DNA of 55,203 nt, taken from positions 1 through 55,203 of the forward strand of contig JBDRTG010000018.1 in NCBI GenBank assembly GCA_043824255.1, in the 5' to 3' direction. Shown here in pieces: positions 1 through 9,063 of the stretch (position 1 is its first letter; the number at the start of each line of letters is the position of its first letter). The DNA comes from a bacterium (GTDB lineage Bacteria > JAHJDO01). The notes under the pieces were generated by a model. The model was given only the letters and a program-made list of their open reading frames with translations. It did not search any database and was not told the DNA's origin. The translations under genes were made by a program, and so were the position numbers.

Positions 1-42
1 TAATTCCCTTTGACTCGCCATGATTATGTCCCTTTCTGCCAT
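1..42 (-). CDS. Transposase N-terminus (partial, MAERDIIMASQREL...)
   Basis: ATG at 42 preceded by GGAGGG; peptide resembles N-termini I recognise from ISNCY/IS1202 transposases; lies inside the TGT-ended terminus; runs off the window. Confidence 0.65.
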   Translation of the reverse strand, partial: MAERDIIMASQREL

Positions 43-85
43 AATACCCTCCTCTCAAATCGGGTATTATAGCTTCCTTAAAAGC

Positions 86-126
86 GGACATTTCTATTTT
101 GGCTAATTAGGACATTATCATTTTGG
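86..126. repeat. Tandem subterminal repeats (putative transposase-binding sites)
   Basis: GGACATTTCTATTTTGG (86-102) and GGACATTATCATTTTGG (110-126), 24-bp period. Confidence 0.75.
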
Positions 127-215
127 TATTACATAAAAATAGGCAAAAACAGGATTATTAAAGACGTATTTTCTGGCTGCGTCCAAATAATTGCGTTGCC
201 ATACGATTTCTATTA

Positions 216-566
216 TTAGCGAGCCAGGTCTTCTTCAGTCATTCCAAAATGGTGGCCAAGCTCGTGCATGACTACTTCTTTAACTCTTTCCTTTATTCTA
301 TCTTCATTTCTGCATAACATCTCAATAGGCTTTTGATAAATAGTTATCATATCAGGAAGAACGTTTGAATAATGCACTCCCCTCTTCTTTAGTGGAATGC
401 CTTGATATAATCCGAGAAGAGTCATGGGACTCTTTATCCCCTGTTTCTTGAGTATCTCCTTAGAGGGTCTGTCTTCTACTGATATACTCACATTCTCCAT
501 TCTCCGCTGAAACTCATCTGGTAGTTCGTCAACAGCTTCTGCTACGAGTTTTTCAAACTTATTCAT
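216..566 (-). CDS. Zincin-like metallopeptidase (minimal MMP-like, DUF1025 type)
   Basis: LLGLYQGIP, PDMITIYQKPI and HELGHHFG (HExxH) motifs; 116 aa. Confidence 0.9.
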   Translation of the reverse strand: MNKFEKLVAEAVDELPDEFQRRMENVSISVEDRPSKEILKKQGIKSPMTLLGLYQGIPLKKRGVHYSNVLPDMITIYQKPIEMLCRNEDRIKERVKEVVMHELGHHFGMTEEDLAR

Positions 567-1533
567 GCATTATTTTTACTTGCTTGAAGTAGAGAGGAGC
601 TCCCTCAGAAGAGAGAACCCTTTTAAATATAAGCTTGTTTTCTTTCTCCACTAAGTCAGATATATCAAAAACAAATGAAGAATAGTCCCTTGATTTCGGC
701 ACTTTCCAGAGCCCATAACTTGTAACATTTGATTCGCCAGTTGTGCGCTTATTTATCAATCTTTTTGTGTCTTTTATTTGGGTACCGTTAATCTCAATTA
801 TCAAAGCACTTACATAACCTGCTGGTTTCCTTGACTTAGCCCTTACCAGAAAAGAAAGATGTGCCTTTTTCACGTCCGGCAAAGCAAAGAAAAAGCTAAC
901 TGGTTCCAGGGCAGTTGCTTTGACTTCCTTTTCCTTGCGAGTTAAGTTAATTTCATTCTTAGGATGCTCGGCTTTACGAGGTTTAATCTCTTCTTTTGGA
1001 GGCTTTTCTCTCTTCTTGACTGCTGCTATTTTTTCTTCTACTTTCTCCAGGCTTGGTTCTTTGTCTCCTGATTCATAGATTATCTTTACTTCCTTAAGAA
1101 AAAACGGAGCTTCAGACGAGGAACGGGGAACTCTGAGAAATATGATCCTGTTCTTATTTTTAATTAAATCAGTAACATCAAAGATAAAAGAGGAATAGTC
1201 CCCAGAAACAGGAACTGTCCAGACGCCATGAGCATTACACCAATCATTGTATTTGAATGGTTTATTTATCAATCTTCCTGAAGTCTTTATTCTAGTTCCA
1301 TTAATATGTATTACTAAGCCCTTTGTATATCCTTTGGCTTTTTCAGGCTCTGCTCTTATCAGAAATGATAGATATGTTTTACATGCATCCTGTTTGACGA
1401 ATGAAAAAACAGCGGGCTTACTAACTGCCAGTATTAATTCCTCAATCCCTGGACTAAGAACAAGTTCCCCTGCCATTGAAGAACCTCCTATCAGAACAAA
1501 ACTTAAAACAAACAATGAAATTCTTAGTATCAT
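559..1533 (-). CDS. Secreted hypothetical protein with two homologous beta-rich domains
   Basis: Signal-peptide-like N-terminus; two ~110-aa internal repeats separated by a K/E/P-rich linker; overlaps neighbouring genes. Confidence 0.8.
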   Translation of the reverse strand: MILRISLFVLSFVLIGGSSMAGELVLSPGIEELILAVSKPAVFSFVKQDACKTYLSFLIRAEPEKAKGYTKGLVIHINGTRIKTSGRLINKPFKYNDWCNAHGVWTVPVSGDYSSFIFDVTDLIKNKNRIIFLRVPRSSSEAPFFLKEVKIIYESGDKEPSLEKVEEKIAAVKKREKPPKEEIKPRKAEHPKNEINLTRKEKEVKATALEPVSFFFALPDVKKAHLSFLVRAKSRKPAGYVSALIIEINGTQIKDTKRLINKRTTGESNVTSYGLWKVPKSRDYSSFVFDISDLVEKENKLIFKRVLSSEGAPLYFKQVKIMHE

Positions 1534-2000
1534 TCTACTTCCATGTTTGTCTTTGTCTTATACATAACAGGAACCTCTCCACAATCAGGAAACTTTGGAC
1601 ACTTAATACAAATAGCCCAGACTTTGTGAGGCAGTTCTGCTCTGTCAATTCTAAAAAACCCCTTCCTCTCAAAAAACTCAGGTTTATAAGTAAGCGCAAA
1701 CACCTTGCTCAATCCTATCTGGCTCATTTCTTCAATACATGCTTCTACCAGTTTAGCACCTATCCCCTTGCCCTGTTTTTCAGTTTTCACAGCAAGAGAC
1801 CGTATCTCACCAAGATCTTCCCATATAACATGAAGCGCGCAACATCCAGAAACCTTCCCTGCCTCCTCAAACACAAAGAAATCCCTTAAGTTATCATATA
1901 ATTCACTTAAGGAACGCGGAAGCATTTCCTCCTTGTTTGCAAATTCCATAATCAGGCCATAAATCTGCTTTGTGTCAGCTATTTTCGCTTTTCTTATCAC
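1530..2000 (-). CDS. argA: GNAT N-acetyltransferase, short ArgA-like amino-acid acetyltransferase
   Basis: MLPRSLSELY, EIRSLAV, QGKGIG acetyl-CoA motif, VFALT, LPHKVW and C-terminal CIKCPKFPDC. Confidence 0.8.
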   Translation of the reverse strand: MIRKAKIADTKQIYGLIMEFANKEEMLPRSLSELYDNLRDFFVFEEAGKVSGCCALHVIWEDLGEIRSLAVKTEKQGKGIGAKLVEACIEEMSQIGLSKVFALTYKPEFFERKGFFRIDRAELPHKVWAICIKCPKFPDCGEVPVMYKTKTNMEVE

Positions 2001-3090
2001 TATTCCTCTTTGCTATTCTCTCTAAAATTACAATAATTATGAATATACACACAGTTTGAACCAATATCACACCTGCTCCCCATATATTAGCAAAACAAAG
2101 CAGTAAAGCATTAATCCCTACACAGAAGGTAACCAGATAAATAAACCATACTGCTTGTTTCTGTGTCATTCCTAGATTAACAAGCCTATGTGAAAAATGA
2201 TTTTTATCCCCCTGCAAAATGGCTTTTTTACTCTTAATCCTTACGATCACCACGGATATTGTATCAAAGATTGGCACTCCAAGTATTAAAACAGGCATAA
2301 TTACAGGAAAGAATGTAGGGCTGCTTTTTGTATAATAGGAACTTACAACTGTTAATACAGCCAGTATATAGCCTATAAACATACTACCTGCATCGCCCAT
2401 AAATATCCTGGCAGGATACATATTATAACGCAAAAAACCAAATATGCTTCCAGCAAAAACTAAAAGTATTGTTGCAGTGAAAACCTGCCCTTGTAATGCT
2501 GTTATCGCGAAAAATATCATAGACGCAATAAACGCCACACCTGCTGAGAGTCCATCCATATTATCCAGTAAGTTAAATGCATTTGTAATCCCCACTATCC
2601 ATACAAGTGTGATAAGACTGCTAATAAAATTATTCTCTATAAAAAGCGTTATTCTTACACCAAAACTAATAAGCAGTAATGCAACCATTATCTGTGCCAT
2701 TAGTTTTGTTTTTGCAGATAATTTATAAATATCGTCCACCAGCCCCAACCCCAATATAAGTATTCCACTAAACAAAATAACAACTAGTTTGGGCAATACA
2801 GCCTTTATTGAAACGATTTCATTGAATAAAAAATCAGGCATTAAGTGGGTTAGAGAAAAAATCTCAGAACCAAAGAAGAGTATCAACAAATTTATAAGTA
2901 CTGTTCCTATAAATGCTATACATATTGCTACTCCTCCAAGTAATGGTTTAGGTTTTAGATGTATCTTCCATTCCCCAGGATGATCAAGTATGCTGTGCTT
3001 TATTGCAAATTTTCGGGCAATAGGAACCAGGATAAGACTTAAAAGGAAGGACACTATAAAACAGCAAAAATAAACTATATACCACATCAT
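1975..3090 (-). CDS. wecA: Undecaprenyl-phosphate N-acetylhexosamine-1-phosphate transferase (WecA/TagO, MraY-like)
   Basis: PLLGG, GLVDD, NAFNLLDNMDGL, FMGDAGS, HFSHRL motifs; multiple TM helices. Confidence 0.88.
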   Translation of the reverse strand: MMWYIVYFCCFIVSFLLSLILVPIARKFAIKHSILDHPGEWKIHLKPKPLLGGVAICIAFIGTVLINLLILFFGSEIFSLTHLMPDFLFNEIVSIKAVLPKLVVILFSGILILGLGLVDDIYKLSAKTKLMAQIMVALLLISFGVRITLFIENNFISSLITLVWIVGITNAFNLLDNMDGLSAGVAFIASMIFFAITALQGQVFTATILLVFAGSIFGFLRYNMYPARIFMGDAGSMFIGYILAVLTVVSSYYTKSSPTFFPVIMPVLILGVPIFDTISVVIVRIKSKKAILQGDKNHFSHRLVNLGMTQKQAVWFIYLVTFCVGINALLLCFANIWGAGVILVQTVCIFIIIVILERIAKRNSDKKSENS

Positions 3091-4286
3091 TAATTAATTT
3101 TAAATTTTAAATTATTAATTTTTAATTTAAATAGATTATCATATATTCCTTTTATTTTATCAATCATTGTTTCTATGCGAAATGCCGGGTCCACAAGTTT
3201 TTTACCATTTATGCCCATTTTCTCTGCTTTTTCTGCATCATTTAGCAAATCTATTACTCTCTCTGATAGTCCTTTAGTGTCTTCGGGACTAACAAGATAA
3301 CCCGTGTCGTTGTTATGTACTAGTTCACTAGCACCATCAATATCAAAACTCACTACAGGTTTGGACATAGCCATTGCCTGGGGTATAACTCTTGCTAACC
3401 CTTCTCTTAATGAAGTATGTACAACTACATCCATTGCAGCAATAAATCTTGGCACATCATCATGCGGGACAAGTCCAGCAAAAATAAATCTATCTTTTAA
3501 TCCCATTTGCCTAACCCTGTGTTCTAATTGTTCCTTTAAAACTCCATCTCCTACGATTAAAAAATATACATTCTGCACGCGTCCCGAAATATATTTCGAT
3601 GCGCTGATAAAATATTCATAGCCCTTTAAAGGAAAAAGCCTTGCTACTTTACCTACAACCTTAGCCTCAGCAGGTAGTCCGATGTTTCTTTTTGCTTGCC
3701 GGGAATTCGTTTTCTCATCAATAAACTTATCTAAATCCATACCGCTGTAGACTGTTACATATCCATGAACAGGTTTTATGCCTGCAGCCTGCGCTTTTTG
3801 AGCCATGCTTTCGCAGACAGTAATTATCTTATCTGTGTATTTCCCAGCCAATCTCTCCAAGCGGATATAAATAAAGTTTAGAAACCTGCTCTGATACGGA
3901 TGAAACGGCAAACCATGTATTGTATGTATGATTACACTACGCCCTGCCAGTCTTGCTGCAAGTCTTCCAAGAATACCCGCTTTTGAAGAATGCGTGTGTA
4001 CTATATCAAAATCATTTTTCTTTATTAGTTTATATAAAGATAAAAAAACGCTTATGTCTCTAAAGGGATTTATATTCCTTGTCAGTCCGTTAATGGTTAC
4101 TAAATTTACTCCGGATTTTTTTGCCTTGCTCACGAGACTTCCTTCAGGACCTGTAGTAAGGCCTGAAGCTAGTGTAACATTATAGGCAGGATCCTTCATC
4201 AATCCTTCTACTGTGTACAATGTATTTTCCTGCGCCCCACCCAGAATCAGGCGAGTAATTATGTGGAGAACCTTTACTTTTTCCAT
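3090..4286 (-). CDS. Glycosyltransferase family 4 (GT-B)
   Basis: GGAQEN, HTHSSKAG, HTIHG, EGLARVIPQAMA motifs. Confidence 0.92.
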   Translation of the reverse strand: MEKVKVLHIITRLILGGAQENTLYTVEGLMKDPAYNVTLASGLTTGPEGSLVSKAKKSGVNLVTINGLTRNINPFRDISVFLSLYKLIKKNDFDIVHTHSSKAGILGRLAARLAGRSVIIHTIHGLPFHPYQSRFLNFIYIRLERLAGKYTDKIITVCESMAQKAQAAGIKPVHGYVTVYSGMDLDKFIDEKTNSRQAKRNIGLPAEAKVVGKVARLFPLKGYEYFISASKYISGRVQNVYFLIVGDGVLKEQLEHRVRQMGLKDRFIFAGLVPHDDVPRFIAAMDVVVHTSLREGLARVIPQAMAMSKPVVSFDIDGASELVHNNDTGYLVSPEDTKGLSERVIDLLNDAEKAEKMGINGKKLVDPAFRIETMIDKIKGIYDNLFKLKINNLKFKIN

Positions 4287-5494
4287 AACAATCTATCTAT
4301 TCCTACAGAGCCTAGCACAATAACAGCAGGCATTAGGGGAAGTCTGAATCTCATAGTGCCGTAGAATACCATGCAAAAAATGCTGGTATACACTATAAGG
4401 CAGTACAAAGGTAAAACAAGTTTCCAGTTTCTTATACTCAAAAATACCCCAATAAGAAAAAATGGAAGGATCAATCCGTAAGAAAATATGCTTATTAATT
4501 TGTATTTTATATTGGTGAAGCCGGATGTCCAATAAGGAAAAACCCTCCACAATCTCCCAGCTTTTTTCACACTCATTTTAAGGAAAGTTACAGGGTTGTG
4601 TCTTATAAATTCCAATCCCTTCTTAAACATGTATTTAGATGCTTCAACTTCTTTCATGCTTCCTGTCTCTTCTGGCTCTATAAAATCAACATCTCTAATG
4701 CACCCGCCAGTTTTATTCATCGGGTTATTTCCGCTGTAAAAAACTCTCCCTGCTTCAGTAGTAATAGGAATAAATTTCTCAAAAACAATATAGTTTCTTA
4801 TAGTCCATGGCAATATTACTAACAACATAGTTACTAAAATTATAGCACTGCCTTTAAGTCTGCATCCAGATACAAAAAAATAACACATTACAAAAAACAG
4901 TCCAAATCCCAGTGCAATAGGTCTTGTAAGCGCTGAAAGCCCTAAAAATATACCCGCTAACAATGAGTCTTTATAGGAACCTCTTTTTATAAATCTGATT
5001 AAACATAATAAGGATAAACAGGAGAGAAAAACAAACAAAGTTTCTGTAAGAACGTACGCGCTATAGAAAACATAAAAAGGATAAAACACAGAAATGTATG
5101 CTGAAATTATCGCAGCCCTTTTAGAAGCAACCTCTTTCCCAATGAGATAGGTAATAACAGGAACTAGAGAGCTCATACAAACTTGAAAAATTCTTGTCGG
5201 CCAGTAACCTTGTCCAAAAAACTTAAAAACTCCGGCAAGAATAAATGGAAAAAGTGGAGCTCTGTTTGCTAAAAGGTTTGAATCAGGCAACATGTTGAAT
5301 CCATTACCTGAGGCAATGTTTTTTGCAATCAGAATGTATTGAGCCGCATCACCAAAAAGAGAATGCTCAATGTGCATTATGTTCTGTTTGAAAAAATACA
5401 GATATATGAATCTGACAATAAGTGAAAATAAGAAGATATAAAGTACATGTGCTGGCTGGGCACATAGGTAACACTTTTTATTTAGGATTCTCAT
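4274..5494 (-). CDS. ArnT/PMT-like membrane glycosyltransferase (GT-C)
   Basis: GDAAQY, RAPLFP, LTETLF, TRP, PWTIRNY, RFRLP motifs; polytopic; ATG at 5494 preferred over track start 5506. Confidence 0.85.
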   Translation of the reverse strand: MRILNKKCYLCAQPAHVLYIFLFSLIVRFIYLYFFKQNIMHIEHSLFGDAAQYILIAKNIASGNGFNMLPDSNLLANRAPLFPFILAGVFKFFGQGYWPTRIFQVCMSSLVPVITYLIGKEVASKRAAIISAYISVFYPFYVFYSAYVLTETLFVFLSCLSLLCLIRFIKRGSYKDSLLAGIFLGLSALTRPIALGFGLFFVMCYFFVSGCRLKGSAIILVTMLLVILPWTIRNYIVFEKFIPITTEAGRVFYSGNNPMNKTGGCIRDVDFIEPEETGSMKEVEASKYMFKKGLEFIRHNPVTFLKMSVKKAGRLWRVFPYWTSGFTNIKYKLISIFSYGLILPFFLIGVFLSIRNWKLVLPLYCLIVYTSIFCMVFYGTMRFRLPLMPAVIVLGSVGIDRLLWKK

Positions 5495-5507
5495 TGTAAT
5501 TATCAAT

Positions 5508-5569
5508 ATAATATTCTATAGGCGTTAAATAATCAAGCGTTTGACGGTAGGATATTAGCATGATATATT
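5508..5569. promoter_or_regulatory. Back-to-back divergent sigma70-type promoters
   Basis: Plus: TTGACG (5541-5546), 17 bp, TATATT (5564-5569) with extended TG. Minus: TTGATT (5536-5531), 17 bp, TATTAT (5513-5508). Confidence 0.6.
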
Positions 5570-5593
5570 TACAATAACATTTTATGATGGAGT

Positions 5594-6370
5594 ATGGATT
5601 TAAAAAGCGTAAGAATGGAGATTGCTAAGCTATTTGATCTAATTGGGGATGAATTCGTTCCTGATGCAGTGTCTATGGAACAATTTATAGCGACCTTCTT
5701 TGAAAAAACCGAAATTAGGGATAAAGTAATTCTTGATGCCGGATGTGGAACTGGTATAGCCACGGTATGTTTTGGCAAGAAACAAGCTAAGCAATCTCTG
5801 GGAATTGATATCAGCTATGATTGCTTGCGAAAGGGAATGGAACTGCGGAATGGACATAATCTGACAAATGTAAATTATCAGCTTGGGGATATAACTAATC
5901 TGCCATTTTGTGATAATTCTTTTGATTTAGTATCATCAGTGGGAGTATTTCCTTATATAAATGGTCGCAACAAAGTAACGGATGAATTCCGCAGGATATT
6001 GAAGAGACAAGGAAGACTTTTAATAATGTCATTAAGAAAACAAAAGATTGATATTCTGTATGAGTGGTTTAGGAAGATACTGAGCAATCTGCCTTCAAGA
6101 TATCATCTCCTTTTTGCTCGAGTGATGGCTTTTGTTATTCAACCTATGAGTAAGATATTTTTGGGAAGAAATATTTTGCATGGAGAAAAACCAATTTCCC
6201 AAACCATTCTAGAGTCTTTTTTTGTGCCTCAAAAACTTTTTAAGGATAGTCCTGAAGAATTAAAGAATCTGTTAGAGAAAAAGGGCTTCCGGATAGAAGT
6301 CTTAAATCCTCCTACTTTGAGTTTTTGCTCTCCAAAGACAGTATTTGTTTTGAAAGGGAAACTGCTTTAA
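5594..6370 (+). CDS. Class I SAM-dependent methyltransferase
   Basis: ILDAGCGTG motif I, GIDIS, LPFCDNSFDLV; GGAG RBS. Confidence 0.88.
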   Translation: MDLKSVRMEIAKLFDLIGDEFVPDAVSMEQFIATFFEKTEIRDKVILDAGCGTGIATVCFGKKQAKQSLGIDISYDCLRKGMELRNGHNLTNVNYQLGDITNLPFCDNSFDLVSSVGVFPYINGRNKVTDEFRRILKRQGRLLIMSLRKQKIDILYEWFRKILSNLPSRYHLLFARVMAFVIQPMSKIFLGRNILHGEKPISQTILESFFVPQKLFKDSPEELKNLLEKKGFRIEVLNPPTLSFCSPKTVFVLKGKLL

Positions 6371-7563
6371 TGTTGGCAGACGATTTGAATATGTCAGAAT
6401 TAGCTATTAATGGTGGCCTGCGGGTAAGGGGAAAATTTTTACCTCTTCAGATCCCTTATCTTGGAGATGAAGAGATTCTGTCCGCAGTGGCTACCATAAA
6501 GTCTGGAAAACTGGTAGGAGATGGTCCTAAAGGCAGAGAGTTGGAAAAGATGATGGAGAATTATCTTGGGCTGAAACACGCCTTTTTGGTAACATCAGGC
6601 ACATCGGCCCTGGAGATTTCTATGATGGTGGCTGGTGTGGGACAAGGAGACGAGGTTATTCTGCCTAGTTTTGCTTTTGTCTCGGCAGCTAATGTTATTC
6701 TCAGACAAGGAGCTCGACCGGTTTTTGTGGAAATAGAGAAAGATACTTTCAACATAGACCCGGAGAGTTTTCTCAAAGCAATAACTCCTGAAACAAAGGC
6801 GGTAATTGTCATTCACTATGCCGGTCACGCTTGCCGTATGGAAGAGATATTAAAGATAGCTGATGAACATGATATTTTAGTTGTTGAGGATGCTGCCCAT
6901 GCCATCGGAGCAAAGTACAAGGGATCTTATCTGGGTACTCTTGGCAGAGTGGGATGTTTTAGTTTTCACCAGACCAAGAACATTATTTGTGGAGAAGGCG
7001 GCGCTATTGTTACCAACAATGAAGAGATAGCTAAAAAAATAGAGATTATTCGAGAGAAAGGGACCAATAGATCCTCTTTTTTTCGAGGAGAAATAGATAA
7101 ATATACATGGGTGGACATTGGTGGCAGCTATGTCTTATCTGATTTGCTGGCCGCTATTTTGACAGAGCAATTCCAGAAATTAGAAGCGATAAATAAGATG
7201 AGGAGAAGAAATGCGTTAGCTCTTACCGAAAAACTAAAAGGCTTTCAGAATAAGATTATTCTGCCCATAGAGAAGGAATACGCTCGCTCTAACTGGAGTT
7301 TATACCCTATTAGAGTAAAAAACAAGGGAAGGCGTAATTGGTTTATTGAAGCATTGAAAGCGGAAGGCATTGGAGCTGCGTTTCATTTTGTTCCTCTGCA
7401 TTCATCACCCTATGGTAAAAATGTGCTTGGATGCAAAGAAGATCTGTTGTTTACAGAGGAAGTAAGTCAATCATTGGTGAGATTACCCTTGTTCGCCCAG
7501 ATGACGGAAGGTGACCTGGACGATATAGCAAGAGCTGTTAAGAAGATATTACCTTTCATCTAA
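6370..7563 (+). CDS. wecE: DegT/DnrJ PLP sugar aminotransferase, dTDP-4-amino-4,6-dideoxygalactose transaminase (WecE/RffA)-like
   Basis: EDAAHA, SFHQTKN (PLP lysine), GEGG, IIREKGTNRS and DKYTW motifs characteristic of the WecE subfamily; start at 6370 (TAATG overlap) or 6391. Confidence 0.85.
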   Translation: MLADDLNMSELAINGGLRVRGKFLPLQIPYLGDEEILSAVATIKSGKLVGDGPKGRELEKMMENYLGLKHAFLVTSGTSALEISMMVAGVGQGDEVILPSFAFVSAANVILRQGARPVFVEIEKDTFNIDPESFLKAITPETKAVIVIHYAGHACRMEEILKIADEHDILVVEDAAHAIGAKYKGSYLGTLGRVGCFSFHQTKNIICGEGGAIVTNNEEIAKKIEIIREKGTNRSSFFRGEIDKYTWVDIGGSYVLSDLLAAILTEQFQKLEAINKMRRRNALALTEKLKGFQNKIILPIEKEYARSNWSLYPIRVKNKGRRNWFIEALKAEGIGAAFHFVPLHSSPYGKNVLGCKEDLLFTEEVSQSLVRLPLFAQMTEGDLDDIARAVKKILPFI

Positions 7564-7581
7564 ATAGAAGAAGGAATCGTT

Positions 7582-8310
7582 ATGTCCGTTCCTTATCTTT
7601 CCATTGTCATAGCTTGTTACAATGAATCTCCCCACTTAAAGTGGAGTGTTGGAGAGATAATAAGGGTAATGGACTATACTCATTATTCTTATGAACTGAT
7701 TTTTATCGATGATTGTAGTCAGGATGATACGCGTCGGCTCATTCAAGAACTGATAGACAAATATAGCCATAGCCATAATATGCGATCATTATTTCACGAA
7801 AAAAATACAGGCCGTGGTGGGGCTGTTAACGATGGTATTAGATTGGCTAAAGGAACAATTGTTGGTTTTCTGGATGTGGACCTGGTTATACATCCACATT
7901 ACATTCCGGCTATGGTCTGGGCTATAGAGGATGGTTATGATATAGCCACTGCTTTAAGGATTTATCCTTTAAAAATGGGAGAAAATATATTCAGACATGT
8001 TCTAAGCCGTGGGTATCGGTTTTTAACCAAGTTGTTTTTAAAGAACAGGCTGTATGATACAGAGACTGGGTTTAAATTCTTTCGCCGCGATAAAATAATA
8101 CCCATTTTAAAGAGCGTCGAGGATAAAGGCTGGTTCTGGGATACAGAAATTATGCTTCGCAGCTACTATAATAACTTAAAGATTATAGAGATTCCTTGTC
8201 TGGAGATTAAAAAGATAAAGAAAAAATCCACGGTTAGGATTTTTAGGGATACATTGGATTATCTGATAAAAATTTGGAAATTCAGAAGGAATTATATTGA
8301 TAAGATGTAA
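7582..8310 (+). CDS. Glycosyltransferase family 2, DPM1-like polyprenol-phosphate glycosyltransferase
   Basis: IDDCSQD, NTGRGGA, DVD, DTETGFKFFR, WFWDTE motifs. Confidence 0.88.
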   Translation: MSVPYLSIVIACYNESPHLKWSVGEIIRVMDYTHYSYELIFIDDCSQDDTRRLIQELIDKYSHSHNMRSLFHEKNTGRGGAVNDGIRLAKGTIVGFLDVDLVIHPHYIPAMVWAIEDGYDIATALRIYPLKMGENIFRHVLSRGYRFLTKLFLKNRLYDTETGFKFFRRDKIIPILKSVEDKGWFWDTEIMLRSYYNNLKIIEIPCLEIKKIKKKSTVRIFRDTLDYLIKIWKFRRNYIDKM

Positions 8311-8334
8311 AAAACTTATCTTGGGAGGTGAATA

Positions 8335-9063
8335 TTGAAGAAGAAGGTCAGCATTGTCATTCCAGCAAGGGATGAAGAAAAAAGCATCAGTTTAGTTTTG
8401 ACTGATTTGATGAAAATAATTGATAGTCTTAAGGAAAAATATGATTTTGAGGTTATCGTGGTTGATGACCACTCCCAGGATGAAACAGCAGGGATAGCAA
8501 AGAAATTTGGAGATATTGTGATTAGAAATGAAGCAAGTCCTGGCAAAGGGAATGCCTTAAGATGTGGATTTCAAAAAGCTCATGGTCAAATTTTTATCAT
8601 GATGGATGCTGACTACTCTCACCGGCCTGAGGAAGTACCTGCTTTCCTGAGAGCGATTGAGAGAGGAGCAGGATTGGTGATTGGTTCCCGAGCTCTTGGA
8701 GGTAGTGAAGAGTACACTGCTATTAGAACCGTTGGCAATATATTTCTTACTGGGTGTGTCAATTTGCTTTTCGGCACAAAACTGACAGATTCCCTCAACG
8801 GTTACAAGGGATTTAGAAGAGAAGTATTTACTAAAAACTATTATAATTCAGAATCTTTTGAAATAGAGATCGAAATTATTGCTAATTCTGTAAGAATGGG
8901 AATGGGGATAGTGGAGATAGTCAGTAGAGAAAGAGCAAGAAAGGAGGGAAAGGCAAAATCAAGCGTGATTATACATGGAACGAAGTTTCTCTTACGAATA
9001 ATAAAAGAAAGCATGCGTTATAAATTCCCAAGGAACTATATGACTAAGAAAAGAGATGCTTGA
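8335..9063 (+). CDS. Glycosyltransferase family 2, DPM1-like
   Basis: VDDHSQD, GKGNAL, MDADYSH, GSR, DSLNGYK; TTG start with GGAGGTG RBS. Confidence 0.88.
   Translation: MKKKVSIVIPARDEEKSISLVLTDLMKIIDSLKEKYDFEVIVVDDHSQDETAGIAKKFGDIVIRNEASPGKGNALRCGFQKAHGQIFIMMDADYSHRPEEVPAFLRAIERGAGLVIGSRALGGSEEYTAIRTVGNIFLTGCVNLLFGTKLTDSLNGYKGFRREVFTKNYYNSESFEIEIEIIANSVRMGMGIVEIVSRERARKEGKAKSSVIIHGTKFLLRIIKESMRYKFPRNYMTKKRDA

Larger units (their letters stand above)
1..133 (-). mobile_element. Left end of an IS1202/ISNCY-type insertion sequence (continues beyond window start)
   Basis: Minus strand begins TGT at 133, followed by two 17-bp near-identical subterminal repeats (plus strand ggacatttctattttgg 86-102 and ggacattatcattttgg 110-126), then an RBS and a transposase-like start; architecture typical of IS481/IS1202-type ends. 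Confidence 0.75.

Noticed and set aside
134..215. dif/xrs site or intrinsic terminator next to the IS end
   Set aside because: No recognisable XerC/XerD arms; only a weak 4-5 bp stem
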